64,000 nt of DNA from Candidatus Binataceae bacterium (GCA_963798375.1 CAWCTG010000032.1:72232-136231), one strand, 5' to 3'. Numbered from the stretch's first letter, positions 10,529 to 20,862 are shown. Program-made: numbers and translations. Notes: a model not told the origin generated them from the letters alone.

Positions 10529-10609
10529 GATGGACCCTTTGCCTGCGATCCCATTCCAGTATCCATGAGATTGCGCCCACGGTCTAGGATGCAGCAGCAT
10601 CCCCCGACT

Positions 10610-11602
10610 TCAGCGGGCACGGCGCGCACGCTTGACCGGATGCAGCGCCGCGTAGGCAGCCCCCACAACACCGCCTCGCGGACCCAGCGCCGCACGCACG
10701 ATCTTCGCCTGCGATGCGACCGCCGTGAAGGCCCGCTCGCGCACCTGCGTCATCATGGCTTTACGCATGTATGGCAGCGCGCCGGCGACGCCACCCCCGA
10801 TCACAATCAGCTCAGGATTGAAGATGTCAAGAAAAGCCGCAATCGCGATTCCGAGGTAATAGCCGGCCGTGGCGAAAGCCTCGAGCGCGAGTCTGTCGCC
10901 GCGGCGAGCTTGGGCCGACAGTCCGCGCACCGAGAAGTTCCCTTCCGAATCAACGATCGGTGCGGGCAACGGCGCACCCGGCGACAGTCCCAGGCGCTGT
11001 TCGACCAGGCCGCGCAGCCCCGACGCCGATGCGTATGACTCCAGGCATCCGTTCGCGCCGCAGTCGCATCGCGGACCGTCGGGATTGACCGTGACATGCC
11101 CCAATTCGCCCGCCATCCCGCTTCGCCCGTGAACCAGTTTGCCGCCGACGATCAGTCCGCCGCCGACCCCGGTGCCGAGCGTCAGCAGCACGACATCGCG
11201 CCGCCCGCGCGCCGCGCCGCGCCAGTATTCGCCGAGCGCCCACGCGTTGGCGTCGTTCTCGACGACCACCGTCCTGCCGATCAGCGCTTCGAGCTTGCGG
11301 CGCAGTGGGTATCCGCGCCATGCGGCGACGTGCGGCGCCTGCATTACGGTTCCCGAGTACACGTTTAGCGGTCCCGGCACCGCGACGCCGATCGCTCGCG
11401 GCGATCCAAGTCCGCGCCGGCGCGCGGTGTTCAGCAAATGAATGAGCTGCGCGGCGATGTTTTCAGCGACGGCTGCGGCCTGGCGCGACGCATGCGAAGG
11501 CCCGTGCTCCATCAGGATCACATCGCCGTCGCCGGCAGATACGGCTGCGCACCGGATATTGGTGCCACCCATATCCAATCCGACCGCCCATGCGCGCGTC
11601 AT
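10610..11602 (-). CDS. ROK-family sugar kinase (glucokinase-like)
   Basis: GLDMGGTNIRCA ATP-binding motif. ROK zinc motif CDCGANGCLE. Confidence 0.85.
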   Translation of the reverse strand: MTRAWAVGLDMGGTNIRCAAVSAGDGDVILMEHGPSHASRQAAAVAENIAAQLIHLLNTARRRGLGSPRAIGVAVPGPLNVYSGTVMQAPHVAAWRGYPLRRKLEALIGRTVVVENDANAWALGEYWRGAARGRRDVVLLTLGTGVGGGLIVGGKLVHGRSGMAGELGHVTVNPDGPRCDCGANGCLESYASASGLRGLVEQRLGLSPGAPLPAPIVDSEGNFSVRGLSAQARRGDRLALEAFATAGYYLGIAIAAFLDIFNPELIVIGGGVAGALPYMRKAMMTQVRERAFTAVASQAKIVRAALGPRGGVVGAAYAALHPVKRARRAR

Positions 11603-12348
11603 TTTCCGGATTCGCCCGGGAATTTCATCAGCGCGAGATATTCGCGATTTCCGGCCGCGCCTTCAATCGGCGATTCGATGGTGCCGACCACCTCGAGGCC
11701 GATACTCTGCGCGAACTCGACGATCCCCGCGATCGCTTCGCGCCGGAGTTTTTCGTCCCTGACGATGCCCCCCTTGCCGACTTTGCCCTTGCCGACTTCG
11801 AACTGCGGCTTGATGAGCGCGACTATCTCAGCGCGCGGCGCGAGCAGCGCAAGCACCGACGGAATCACCAGCCGCAGTGAGATAAAACTGGTGTCGATCG
11901 TGACCAGCTCGGGCGCGTGGGGCAAGTCTTCGGGCGACGCGAGCCGGATATTCATGCGATCAAGCACGGTGACGCGCGGATCCTGGCGCAGCTTCAGCGC
12001 CAGCTGTCCGTAGCCGACGTCCATCGCGATCACCGCCTTGGCGCCGCGGCGCAGCAGCACGTCGGTGAAGCCGCCGGTCGATGCGCCCACGTCCATCGCG
12101 AGCTTGCCCTCGACCGAGATGCCGAAATGCTCGAGTGCGGCGATAAGCTTGTACGCTCCGCGCGAGGCGAACTGCGGCGCACCTGCCATGAGCGCGATGG
12201 GAGTTTCAGCATCGACCTTGAGGTCGGCTTTGTAGGCCGGCCGCGAGTTGACGCGCACGCGCCCCGCCATTATCAGGCGTTGGGCGATTTCGCGGCTGTC
12301 GGCCAGACCGCGGCGTGCCATTTCGGCGTCGAGCCTGAAGCGGATCAA
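11599..12348 (-). CDS. tlyA: TlyA-family rRNA 2'-O-methyltransferase (S4 + FtsJ-like domains); start probably TTG at 12348
   Basis: S4-like N-terminus IRFRLDAEMARRGLADSREIAQRLIMAGRVRVN. FtsJ-like SAM motif MDVGASTGGFTDVLL. The upstream ATG (12459) would overlap xseB, so a downstream start is chosen. Confidence 0.75.
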   Translation of the reverse strand: MIRFRLDAEMARRGLADSREIAQRLIMAGRVRVNSRPAYKADLKVDAETPIALMAGAPQFASRGAYKLIAALEHFGISVEGKLAMDVGASTGGFTDVLLRRGAKAVIAMDVGYGQLALKLRQDPRVTVLDRMNIRLASPEDLPHAPELVTIDTSFISLRLVIPSVLALLAPRAEIVALIKPQFEVGKGKVGKGGIVRDEKLRREAIAGIVEFAQSIGLEVVGTIESPIEGAAGNREYLALMKFPGESGK

Positions 12349-12394
12349 GGGCGCGGGAGAGCGACGCGCTCTGGGCTTGACGCCGGAACCATTG

Positions 12395-12676
12395 CTAGCA
12401 GGATGTTTCGTCGTCGTCCCTTGCGCCGGCGGGGTGCTCGTCATCATACGATGCTTCAAAGGGCGCCGTGCGCAGTTCGCCGCCGGCGCTCCGCGTTAGC
12501 AGTTCGACCTTGCGCTCGACTTCGTCGAGTTTCCCATTGAGCGCCTTCACCAGCATGACGCCGCGTTCGAAGGCTCCGATTGATTCTTCGAGCGTAAGCT
12601 CACCCGAATCGATCTGATTGACGATCGTTTCAAGGTCCTTGAGCTCGTCCTCGAATTTTTTCGTCTTCGTGACCAT
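12395..12676 (-). CDS. xseB: Exodeoxyribonuclease VII small subunit
   Basis: FEDELKDLETIVNQIDSGELTLEESIGAFERG matches the XseB family and sits next to xseA. Confidence 0.85.
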   Translation of the reverse strand: MVTKTKKFEDELKDLETIVNQIDSGELTLEESIGAFERGVMLVKALNGKLDEVERKVELLTRSAGGELRTAPFEASYDDEHPAGARDDDETSC

Positions 12677-12679
12677 CGT

Positions 12680-14035
12680 CTAGATTGTGCGGCCGGTCGC
12701 GCGCGCGCGCAGCCGCCCCCTGGCCAGCCTGATATCGAGTTCGTCGTCCAGCTCGACCGTGGCCGCGTCGAGCACCGCGCGCGAATTGGTCTTATCGATC
12801 ACCACGGCGTAGCCGCGATCGAGAACTTTCAGCGGCGACAAAGCGTCGAGCCGGCCCGCCAGCGCGCCGAGCTGGCGCCGCCTGGCTTCGAGCGCCGACC
12901 GCGTGCCATGAACGAGACTGTTGCCGAGCCGGGAGGTCGCAAGGCGCATCTCGCGCACCATCGCATCGGGACTGCGAAGACGCAGCCGCAATTCGCGGAC
13001 GCTGCGCCGCCGCTCCGCGATTCGCGAGGACACCGCTTGCGCGAGTTCGCCCTCGATCTCGGCAACGCGTTCGCGCGCCTCGGCGATAGCGACGCCAGGA
13101 TGACGTATCCGCGCCGCCAGATCGTCGATCGATTCGCGCCGGTCCGACAGTTCGCGTTGCATCGCGCTCGCGAGCGACGCGCCTAGCGATGCGACGCGTT
13201 CGGTCAACTCGGCGAGACTGGGCACGACCATCTGCGCGGCCGCGGTGGGAGTAGGCGCGCGCAGGTCGGCGACGAAATCGGCGATCGTGTAGTCCACTTC
13301 GTGGCCGACCGCGGAAATCACCGGGATCGCCGACCGGAAAATCGCCCGCGCGACGATCTCTTCGTTGAACGCCCACAAATCTTCGAGCGAGCCGCCGCCG
13401 CGTCCAACGATCAGCACCTCGGCCCGGCCGTCGCGATTGAGATCGGCGATCGCATCCGCGATCTCCTGAGCGGAGCCGTCGCCCTGCACCTTCGCGGGCC
13501 TGAAAATCACTTGCAGGTTCGGGAATCGATCGAACAAGATGCGCAGCATGTCGCGCAGTCCCGCGCCAGCGCGCGCTGTCACGATTCCGATTCTGCGCGG
13601 CAGATACGGCATCGCGCGTTTGCGCGCCCGATCGAACAGCCCCTCGGCCTCCAGCCGCCGCTTCAACTGCTCGAAGGCGACCTGCAACGCGCCGACGCCG
13701 CGCGGCTCCATTTCCTCGGCGTAAAGCTGCAACGCGCCGCGCTGTTCGAAGATTTGCACCCGTCCGCGAACAATCACTTCCATCCCGTCGACGGCTTTGA
13801 ACCGCATCCGGTTGAACGCCGACTTGAACATCACGACGTTGATCGCGCTGCGCGAGTCCTTGAGCGTGAAGTAAAAATGATTCGACGGCGCCAGCCGCGC
13901 ATTCGAGATCTCGCCGACCACCCAATGCTCGCCGAGGCTGGCGTCGAGCGCGTCGCGTACCATCCTCACCAGGTCCGATACGCTGATCGCGCCCGAGCGG
14001 CGGCCGCGGATCGAAAGATCGAGCTGCCCGTCCAT
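12680..14035 (-). CDS. xseA: Exodeoxyribonuclease VII large subunit
   Basis: OB-fold N-terminus NHFYFTLKDSRSAINVVMF; 451 aa; adjacent xseB. Confidence 0.9.
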   Translation of the reverse strand: MDGQLDLSIRGRRSGAISVSDLVRMVRDALDASLGEHWVVGEISNARLAPSNHFYFTLKDSRSAINVVMFKSAFNRMRFKAVDGMEVIVRGRVQIFEQRGALQLYAEEMEPRGVGALQVAFEQLKRRLEAEGLFDRARKRAMPYLPRRIGIVTARAGAGLRDMLRILFDRFPNLQVIFRPAKVQGDGSAQEIADAIADLNRDGRAEVLIVGRGGGSLEDLWAFNEEIVARAIFRSAIPVISAVGHEVDYTIADFVADLRAPTPTAAAQMVVPSLAELTERVASLGASLASAMQRELSDRRESIDDLAARIRHPGVAIAEARERVAEIEGELAQAVSSRIAERRRSVRELRLRLRSPDAMVREMRLATSRLGNSLVHGTRSALEARRRQLGALAGRLDALSPLKVLDRGYAVVIDKTNSRAVLDAATVELDDELDIRLARGRLRARATGRTI

Positions 14036-14082
14036 GGTCGTTTAGCTTATCAGAACGAGTTGCCAGGCACCTATATGGCGCA

Positions 14083-14760
14083 TTAGATAAGCTGTTCGAC
14101 GATTGTCCTGGCCAGAGGCTCGCGATACCTCATCCGGCCAAGGCACGGAGCCTTGGCGATTCGCTTCAGCGCCGCCTCGGTGTCATCGGTCGCGGATGAA
14201 GCTGTCGGCTCGCAATCGCAAAGGATGTAGCCGGCGACAGCGACTTTGAGTCCCCGGCTCTCGCATCGTTGAAGCGCCAGCGTAGTCGCGTCCATACATC
14301 CGGGCCGATTTCCCACCACCACGATGACTTCGAGGCCGAGCATCGCGGCCAGATCGGCGAAATCGCTGTCGCCGGTAATCGGCGCGACGATCGCGCCCGC
14401 GCTTTCGACGAGCACGATGTCGTTATCCGCGGCGATTTCGCCAAAGCATCGCGCGATATTCGCAAGGTCGGGTGGCGGCAGCCGATCGATGGCGGCCGCA
14501 GCGGCGGGTGCGAGCGTCGAGCGATAGCGATACGGACAAATCAACTCCATTGGCAGAAGCGAACCAACTGCCAGCGCCAACGCATCCGCATCTCTGGGCT
14601 TCAGCTCGCCGTCAATTTCCGCGCATCCGGTTTCTACCGGTTTCATTACGCCCACGCGCATCCCACGCGCCCGCAATGCGAATCCGAGCGCGCATCCGAC
14701 AGTGGTCTTGCCCACGCCGGCGCCGGTCCCGGTGATCAGGAATCGTCGTCGTTGTCCCAT
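14083..14760 (-). CDS. bioD: Dethiobiotin synthetase-like P-loop ATPase
   Basis: FLITGTGAGVGKTTV P-loop; ~225 aa, BioD-like length. Confidence 0.7.
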   Translation of the reverse strand: MGQRRRFLITGTGAGVGKTTVGCALGFALRARGMRVGVMKPVETGCAEIDGELKPRDADALALAVGSLLPMELICPYRYRSTLAPAAAAAIDRLPPPDLANIARCFGEIAADNDIVLVESAGAIVAPITGDSDFADLAAMLGLEVIVVVGNRPGCMDATTLALQRCESRGLKVAVAGYILCDCEPTASSATDDTEAALKRIAKAPCLGRMRYREPLARTIVEQLI

Positions 14761-14872
14761 GCGTGATCGTCCTGAACATTGAGGCTACCATCAAAACCGG
14801 CTCTCGCGATCAGTTGCTGGCCAATGTTCGGGATGCGAGCGACCGGCGGCAACAACAACCCGCGCCGGCGTG

Positions 14873-14908
14873 AAAAAAAACGCGCCGGACATCACGATGC
14901 CCGGCGCG
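14873..14908 (-). terminator. Rho-independent terminator for ctpA on the minus strand: stem CGCGCCGG / CCGGCGCG followed by U8
   Basis: On the minus strand: cgcgccgg-gcatcgtgatgt-ccggcgcg followed by tttttttt (the plus-strand A-run is at 14873-14880). Located 25 nt downstream of the ctpA stop. Confidence 0.6.
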
Positions 14909-14933
14909 TTGCGATCGATTCTATTGCCGTCGT

Positions 14934-16370
14934 CTAGTCGCCCTTCGACTTGACGCTGTCGCCCTCGGATACCGCCGGCTGCGACTCGCCCTTGGCAAGC
15001 TGGAGCTTGAACGTGTTCCAATGCTTGAGGATGTCGATCGCGCGATCGAGCTGCACGTCCTTTTCCTCTTTGGCCTTGGCGCCCTTCGCGCCGGGGCCCT
15101 TGTCGCCCTTTCCGGTCCCGGGCACAGCAGCCGCGCCGGTCGCAGGATTCTTGTCATCCTTCTTCTGCCCGTTCTGGAAATGATGGGGCAAATCGGACTC
15201 GTGGATCTCCGGGTTTTCGTCGAACTCGGCGCCCTGCTGCGTCAGCGATGCGATCGTTTCCTTGGGCGGCTCTACATCGACGTCGGGTGTGATTCCCACC
15301 GCCTGGATCGAGCGCCCGGTGGGAGTGTAGTAGCGCGCCGTGGTCAGCCGCAGCGCGGAATGATCGTCGAGCGGCAGAATCGTCTGCACCGAGCCTTTGC
15401 CGAAGGTCTGGGTGCCGAGAATGACGGCGCGCTTCTGATCCTGCAAAGCGCCGGCGACGATTTCGCTGGCGCTCGCGCTGCCGCCGTTGACCAGCACCAC
15501 CATCGGATAGTCAACGAAGTCCGGCTTCTTGTGCGAGAAGTATTTCTGTTGCTGATTTTCCTCGCGCCCCTGCGTGTAAACGATCAGCCCGCCGTCGAGA
15601 AAATCGTCCGAAACCTTTACCGCCTGGTTCAGCAATCCGCCCGGATTGTCGCGCAGATCGAACACGATTCCCTTGAGCTTGCCGTGCTCCTTCGATTCGA
15701 ATCCGTCAATCGCCTTCTCCACCCCCTCGCCCGTGTTCTCCTGGAAGGTGGTGACGCGGATGTATCCGTAGCCGCCGTCGAGCGTCTTCGACTTGACCGA
15801 CTGAATCTTGATGACGTCGCGCGCGAGCGTCACCGTGAACAGCTCGGCCACGCCGTTGCGATGAAGCGTCAGCCTGATCTTGCTGCCCTTGGGCCCGCGC
15901 ATCCGCTTGACCGCCTCGGTGAGCGACATGTCCTTGGTGAAGTCGTCGTCGATCTTGATGATCTGGTCGCCGGCCTTGAGTCCGGCGCGATACGCCGGCG
16001 TGTCCTCGATCGGCGCAACGACGGTGAGCGCGCCGTTCTTGATGGTTATTTCGATTCCGAGTCCGCCGAAGCTGCCGCGCGTCTCGACTTCGAGGTCGCG
16101 GTACAGGTCGGGCGTGAGGTAGGCGCTATGCGGGTCGAGCGACGCCAGCATGCCGCTGATGGCGCCGTCGATCAGCTTTTTGGTCGATACCGGCTCGACG
16201 TAGTTTTTCTGCACGATTGCCAGCACGCTCGCGAATGTGTCGAGCTCCTGGTAGGTGTCGTTCGAGAGCGCCTGCGCTCGACGCACGGCGACCTCCTGGA
16301 GGACAAGGAAACAGGCAACCAGGGAGACCGCCAAGGTGATGGACCATCGATGTCTTTTGATCATTGACAT
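14934..16370 (-). CDS. ctpA: Carboxyl-terminal processing protease (S41 family, PDZ domain)
   Basis: TFGKGSVQ catalytic region; PDZ domain; N-terminal TM anchor. Confidence 0.9.
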   Translation of the reverse strand: MSMIKRHRWSITLAVSLVACFLVLQEVAVRRAQALSNDTYQELDTFASVLAIVQKNYVEPVSTKKLIDGAISGMLASLDPHSAYLTPDLYRDLEVETRGSFGGLGIEITIKNGALTVVAPIEDTPAYRAGLKAGDQIIKIDDDFTKDMSLTEAVKRMRGPKGSKIRLTLHRNGVAELFTVTLARDVIKIQSVKSKTLDGGYGYIRVTTFQENTGEGVEKAIDGFESKEHGKLKGIVFDLRDNPGGLLNQAVKVSDDFLDGGLIVYTQGREENQQQKYFSHKKPDFVDYPMVVLVNGGSASASEIVAGALQDQKRAVILGTQTFGKGSVQTILPLDDHSALRLTTARYYTPTGRSIQAVGITPDVDVEPPKETIASLTQQGAEFDENPEIHESDLPHHFQNGQKKDDKNPATGAAAVPGTGKGDKGPGAKGAKAKEEKDVQLDRAIDILKHWNTFKLQLAKGESQPAVSEGDSVKSKGD

Positions 16371-16580
16371 TTATTTAGTGCTGCTTTGGACTCTCGATTG
16401 TAAATTTGGAGATTTAATTTAAGCAGATGCCGCGCTCTAATGCATACGGCTGCGACACCGCCCCCGTTACGGTAAATAATAGCAGATTTATCGCGCCGAG
16501 CCTGCTCGACGCGATTGATTAAGCCGTTGACAGGGGCCGCGCGCGACAACGCAGCGCGGCGTTAACATTGGGTGCAGGGG

Positions 16581-17165
16581 TCACCCCTGCTTTGAGTCGA
16601 GCAGTTGCTGCAAGGCGTCCTTGACGTCAGGCCGCGACCAGTCGAATGCGCCCATGTGGTGCGCGACTATCTGGCCCTTGCGATCGATTATGAAAGTCTC
16701 GGGCACCCCGCTCACGTCGTAAGTCTCGCTGATCTTGTTTTCGGGGTCGAGCAGTATTGTGAAATGGAATCCGTTCTTCGCGACATAGGACGCCACCACC
16801 GAGCGGCCGCTGGTGTCCTGGCTGGCGGCCAGCATCACGAAGTCCTTGTTGCCCTTGAAGTCGTCGTACAGCGTCTGCATCGAGGGCATTTCTTCCCGGC
16901 ACGGGCCGCACCAGGTAGCCCATACGTTCAGAAATACGACTTTGCCGCGCAGCGATTGGAGCGAAACAGTTTGTCCGTCCAGGGTCTCGAGCTTGAAGTC
17001 GGCCGCTCGACTGCCGGCCGCCACCGTCGCCGGGGATTGCGCTGCCGTTTCCGGTGAGGTCGTAGCGATGCGTGCGCCGCGATGCCCGCTGAGCGCGACG
17101 AGCGTAAGGCCGGTCATCACGACGATGGCGGCGACGAGGTAGAGGATTTTGTCCTTGATCTCCAT
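16581..17165 (-). CDS. TlpA/ResA-like thiol-disulfide oxidoreductase (thioredoxin fold)
   Basis: WATWCGPCREEMP active site; N-terminal membrane anchor. Confidence 0.8.
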   Translation of the reverse strand: MEIKDKILYLVAAIVVMTGLTLVALSGHRGARIATTSPETAAQSPATVAAGSRAADFKLETLDGQTVSLQSLRGKVVFLNVWATWCGPCREEMPSMQTLYDDFKGNKDFVMLAASQDTSGRSVVASYVAKNGFHFTILLDPENKISETYDVSGVPETFIIDRKGQIVAHHMGAFDWSRPDVKDALQQLLDSKQG

Positions 17166-17170
17166 CGCGC

Positions 17171-18040
17171 TCAGGCCCGCGCCGCGTCCATCGCCGGACG
17201 CCGGTTTTTTTCGCCGGGCCGCTGGCCGCTTTCTGCCTGGTCCTTTTCCCTGCTGAGAATCAACGCGACGCCGCCGCCGATCATCATCGCGATCGCAATC
17301 AGTTGCGCCTCACTGAGATCATGGAAGACCCGCGGATTGATTCGTACGAACTCGACCAGAAAGCGCGCGGCGCCCGCCAGCACCAGGTACCAATACATAA
17401 TCCGGCCGGCCGGATGAGACGTCTTGCGCATCGACCACAATATCGCGAACAAGCCGAGATACAGAATAGTTTCGTAAACCGGCGCCGGATGCACGCGGAC
17501 GCCGGGGAAGAAGCCGGAGACGAGGCGGTAATGCTCGTCCAATTTCAGCACGGTCTGGGAGTTCCAGCCGACGATCGCGCGAGGATAGGCCATCGCCCAC
17601 GGCATCGTGGACGGCAGTCCCCAGTCGCCGTCGCCAGCGAGCTGGCATCCGATTCGGCCGATTGCCTGCCCGACGGCAAGCGCAGGCCCGCACATGTCCA
17701 TCGTCGCGGCGAATCCGATTCGATACCACCGCGAAACAATGTAAGCGCCGAGGATTCCACCGATCATGCCGCCGTAGAATACGAATCCCGAGCCGGAGAA
17801 GATCATCAACTTGGGATCGGCAAGGTACGTGGGCAGATCGTCCAGGATCGCGTAGATGCGCGAACCGACCAGCCCCATCACGGCTGCCGCGATCACGATC
17901 GAGGAGGAATATTCGGGATCGAAGCCGCGGCGGACGCATTCGAGGCGGATAACGTAGTCGGCCGCCAGGAATCCAAGCGCCATCATCAGCCCGAAGCTGT
18001 AAACGGTCAGCGGGCCCAGGTGGAACAAGACGGGAATCAT
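17171..18040 (-). CDS. lgt: Prolipoprotein diacylglyceryl transferase
   Basis: Lgt signature YGGMIGGILG; multi-TM. Confidence 0.9.
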   Translation of the reverse strand: MIPVLFHLGPLTVYSFGLMMALGFLAADYVIRLECVRRGFDPEYSSSIVIAAAVMGLVGSRIYAILDDLPTYLADPKLMIFSGSGFVFYGGMIGGILGAYIVSRWYRIGFAATMDMCGPALAVGQAIGRIGCQLAGDGDWGLPSTMPWAMAYPRAIVGWNSQTVLKLDEHYRLVSGFFPGVRVHPAPVYETILYLGLFAILWSMRKTSHPAGRIMYWYLVLAGAARFLVEFVRINPRVFHDLSEAQLIAIAMMIGGGVALILSREKDQAESGQRPGEKNRRPAMDAARA

Positions 18041-18125
18041 TATCGTTTCGAATTATAGTACGCGACGGCCCGCCCAGACCACAAAGGGTTTCGCCTTGCG
18101 CCGCTCGCTATTATATGACGCAAGT

Positions 18126-18572
18126 ATGCGGGCGGTGGTTCAACGCGTCAGCCGCGCGGAGGTGCGCTGCAACGGGCGCATCGTGGGCAAAATCGCTCGC
18201 GGGTTTGTCGTGCTGCTGGGAGTTGCCGGCGGCGACAGCGAGGCTGACGCGGCGTATCTTGTAGATAGAATCGTCGGCATGCGCGTATTCGCCGATGACG
18301 CCGGCAAGATGAACTGCTCGCTGGCGCAGGTCGGTGGCGCGCTGCTGGTCGTGTCGCAATTCACGTTGCTCGCCGACACGAATTCAGGCCGCCGGCCGTC
18401 GTTCATTGGGGCAGCCGCGCCCGACGAAGCGCGCCGCCTCTACCAGCACTTTCTCTCGCTCGCGCGCATTCGCGATGTTAAGGTTGAGAGCGGTGAGTTC
18501 GGCGCGATGATGGAAGTGGAAATCGTCAATGACGGCCCGGTGACGATCATCCTCGATAGTCGTGACAAGTGA
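18126..18572 (+). CDS. dtd: D-aminoacyl-tRNA deacylase
   Basis: MRAVVQRVSRAEV...SQFTLLAD motifs. Confidence 0.9.
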   Translation: MRAVVQRVSRAEVRCNGRIVGKIARGFVVLLGVAGGDSEADAAYLVDRIVGMRVFADDAGKMNCSLAQVGGALLVVSQFTLLADTNSGRRPSFIGAAAPDEARRLYQHFLSLARIRDVKVESGEFGAMMEVEIVNDGPVTIILDSRDK

Positions 18573-18601
18573 AGATGGAAGAACCGGGCAAGTAGGTTGC
18601 G

Positions 18602-19078
18602 ATGGCGCGGGCGGGATTCTATACGGCTGAATCAGGGAAGATCTCGTTTCGGCGCGACGGCAACTGGTACAGCGACGACGAGCGGATCGAGAACCCGCGA
18701 ATCTCGCTGCTCTTCAGCCGGAGCATCAAGCGCGATCCCGACGGCAGCTACTATCTGCAAGTCGCCGAAGAACGCGCGCCGATCGCGGTCGAGGACACAC
18801 CCTACGTAGTCAAGGCGCTCGAAGACGACGAGCTGGGCGGATTCCTGATGGTGCTGAACGACGAGACCTACGAGCCGCTCGATCCCACCGCGCTGGAGAT
18901 CGGCGCCGGCCACGTCCTCTACTCGCGCGTCAAGGGCGGCGATGCTCGCGCACGCTTCCTTCGCTCCGCCTACTACCATCTCAGTGACTGCTTCGAATCC
19001 GATGACGCGGGCCGTTTCTACGTCAATCTCAGGGGATATCGGTACCCTCTCGCTAGCGCGCCAGCGCCAGGCACCTGA
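18602..19078 (+). CDS. DUF1285-like conserved hypothetical protein
   Basis: FRRDGNWYSDDERIENPRISLLF resembles DUF1285. Confidence 0.45.
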   Translation: MARAGFYTAESGKISFRRDGNWYSDDERIENPRISLLFSRSIKRDPDGSYYLQVAEERAPIAVEDTPYVVKALEDDELGGFLMVLNDETYEPLDPTALEIGAGHVLYSRVKGGDARARFLRSAYYHLSDCFESDDAGRFYVNLRGYRYPLASAPAPGT

Positions 19079-19578
19079 TGCATCTGGCCGAGCCGAATCT
19101 GCACATCGTCCTGGTTCGCCCCGAGATTCCGCAGAACACGGGATCGATCGCCCGTCTGGCCGCCGCGACCAAGGCCCGGCTCCACCTGGTGGGTCCGCTC
19201 GGATTCTCGCTCGAGGATCGCTACCTCAAGCGCGCCGGCCTCGACTACTGGCCGCTGGTGGATTTGCGCACGTATGAAGGATGGGAGCAGTTCGCCGCGA
19301 TGCATCGCGATCCGCCGGCAACGAAGGTGAAAAAGACGAAATTTTTCTCGACTCACGCCGACGCGACCTATCTCGATGCGCACTATGCGCGCGGCGATTT
19401 TCTTTTCTTTGGCTGCGAGACGGCAGGCCTGGGCCGCGATTTCGTGCTTGAAAGAATTGACCGTGCGTATCGGATTCCAATCTTCGAGGCGGGCGTCCGG
19501 AGCCTCAATCTCTCCAACGCGGTGTCGATCGTGGTTTATGAAGCGCTGCGCCAGACCGGCGCGCTCAATGCTTCTTGA
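19078..19578 (+). CDS. trmL: tRNA (cytidine/uridine-2'-O)-methyltransferase, SpoU/TrmL type
   Basis: LHIVLVRPEIPQNTGSIARLAAA SPOUT motif. Confidence 0.85.
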   Translation: MHLAEPNLHIVLVRPEIPQNTGSIARLAAATKARLHLVGPLGFSLEDRYLKRAGLDYWPLVDLRTYEGWEQFAAMHRDPPATKVKKTKFFSTHADATYLDAHYARGDFLFFGCETAGLGRDFVLERIDRAYRIPIFEAGVRSLNLSNAVSIVVYEALRQTGALNAS

Positions 19579-19855
19579 CGGCGCAACTGCCGCAGCCTGT
19601 GCTGCAACCGCCCTGCTCGCCCGCGGCGGCGCCGGCGTCGGCGGGCGGCGCGCCAAAATAATAACCCGCCTGCTCGAGTTCGCCGGGCGAGACCCATTTG
19701 AGATGGTCGGCGACGGCGGTGTCGCAATGCACACAGACGCGGCGTTCGGCGCCATCGTCGTCGAGCGCGACGTAGGTCAGCACCGGCTTGCCGCAAGCCG
19801 CGCAATCCGCCATCAGAAATGACGCATCTCTGGGGATGGGCGTTAGCGTCGGCAT
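19565..19855 (-). CDS. Small zinc-ribbon protein with Gly/Cys-rich C-terminus (FmdB-like?)
   Basis: CAACGKP...CVHCDTA, a pair of CxxC motifs; C-terminus GGCSTGCGSCAV. Confidence 0.4.
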   Translation of the reverse strand: MPTLTPIPRDASFLMADCAACGKPVLTYVALDDDGAERRVCVHCDTAVADHLKWVSPGELEQAGYYFGAPPADAGAAAGEQGGCSTGCGSCAVKKH

Positions 19856-19911
19856 CGCAGATCAACCTACATCATCGCGCGCAGATGGGGAATCTGCGAG
19901 TTCACCCCTGC

Positions 19912-20862
19912 TCATTGGCGGCGATACGGTTCGCCAAGCGCGCTCGGCGCCGCCGCCTGTCCGCCAAAGCCCGCCAGTACCACCAACGTCAGCGCATAGG
20001 GGAGCGCAAGAAACAGTTGGTACGGTACGACGGTACCGAGCGCCTGCAATCCGAATTGCAACGCCATCGCGGCGCCGAACAGCACCGACGCGGCCGCCAG
20101 ACCCCACGAATTCCATCGTCCGACGATGACCACCGACAGCGCAACGAAGCCGCGGCCAGCCGAGATATTCTCGACGAACGTGTTGGCGTACGCGAGCGTC
20201 AAAAATGCGCCAGCCAGGCCCGTCAGCGCTCCCGACACGATCAGCGCCTGCCATCTGATTGCGATTACGCCGAGTCCGAGCGCGTCCGCCGCTTCGGGAC
20301 GCTCACCGCAAGCGCGAAGTCGCAGGCCATAGCGCGTGCGCGCGATCGCGTACCAAAGCGCCGGCACGAGAATGAACGTGAAGTACACCAGTCCGTTGTG
20401 ATTGAAGAGCACCGGACCGAGAAGCGGGATTCGCGCCAGCGGACCGAGCGGGATTTTCGCAATCGGCGCCACCATAAACGCCTTGCCGGTCACGCCGAAC
20501 AGCTTGCGATAGAAGACGCCGGTTAATCCCAGCGCCAGGATGCTGACCGCGGTTCCAGTCACGACCTGGTTGACGGCGAGATTCACCACCAGGATCGCAA
20601 AGATCGCATTGATCGCGACACCCGCCGCGATTGCGCCCGCCAAGCCCAGCGCGGTACTGCCGCTGAAGTACGCGATCGCAAGCGCAGCGAACGCGCCCGC
20701 CAGCATCGCGCCTTCGATGCCAATATTGATTACGCCGCTTTCCTCCACGAGCAGCTCGCCCAGCGCGGCCAGCAGGATGGGCGTCGCCATGGTGATCGCC
20801 GAGACGAGGAACGCTTCAAGCATCAGGCATCTCCGCAACCGGCGGCACCGCGGCCGCATCAT
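19912..20862 (-). CDS. ABC transporter permease (BMP/nucleoside-type)
   Basis: Multi-TM permease; adjacent permease and ATPase. Confidence 0.8.
   Translation of the reverse strand: MMRPRCRRLRRCLMLEAFLVSAITMATPILLAALGELLVEESGVINIGIEGAMLAGAFAALAIAYFSGSTALGLAGAIAAGVAINAIFAILVVNLAVNQVVTGTAVSILALGLTGVFYRKLFGVTGKAFMVAPIAKIPLGPLARIPLLGPVLFNHNGLVYFTFILVPALWYAIARTRYGLRLRACGERPEAADALGLGVIAIRWQALIVSGALTGLAGAFLTLAYANTFVENISAGRGFVALSVVIVGRWNSWGLAAASVLFGAAMALQFGLQALGTVVPYQLFLALPYALTLVVLAGFGGQAAAPSALGEPYRRQ

Noticed and set aside
12792-13925. Long antisense and alternative-frame ORFs (12792-13925, 15021-16367, 23585-24790, 27004-28800, 34688-35473, 35648-36658, 39497-40597, 52901-54589, 60213-62504 and similar)
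   Set aside because: Arg/Ala/Gly-rich translations are typical of spurious open frames in high-GC DNA. Each lies fully inside a well-supported gene on the other strand or frame.
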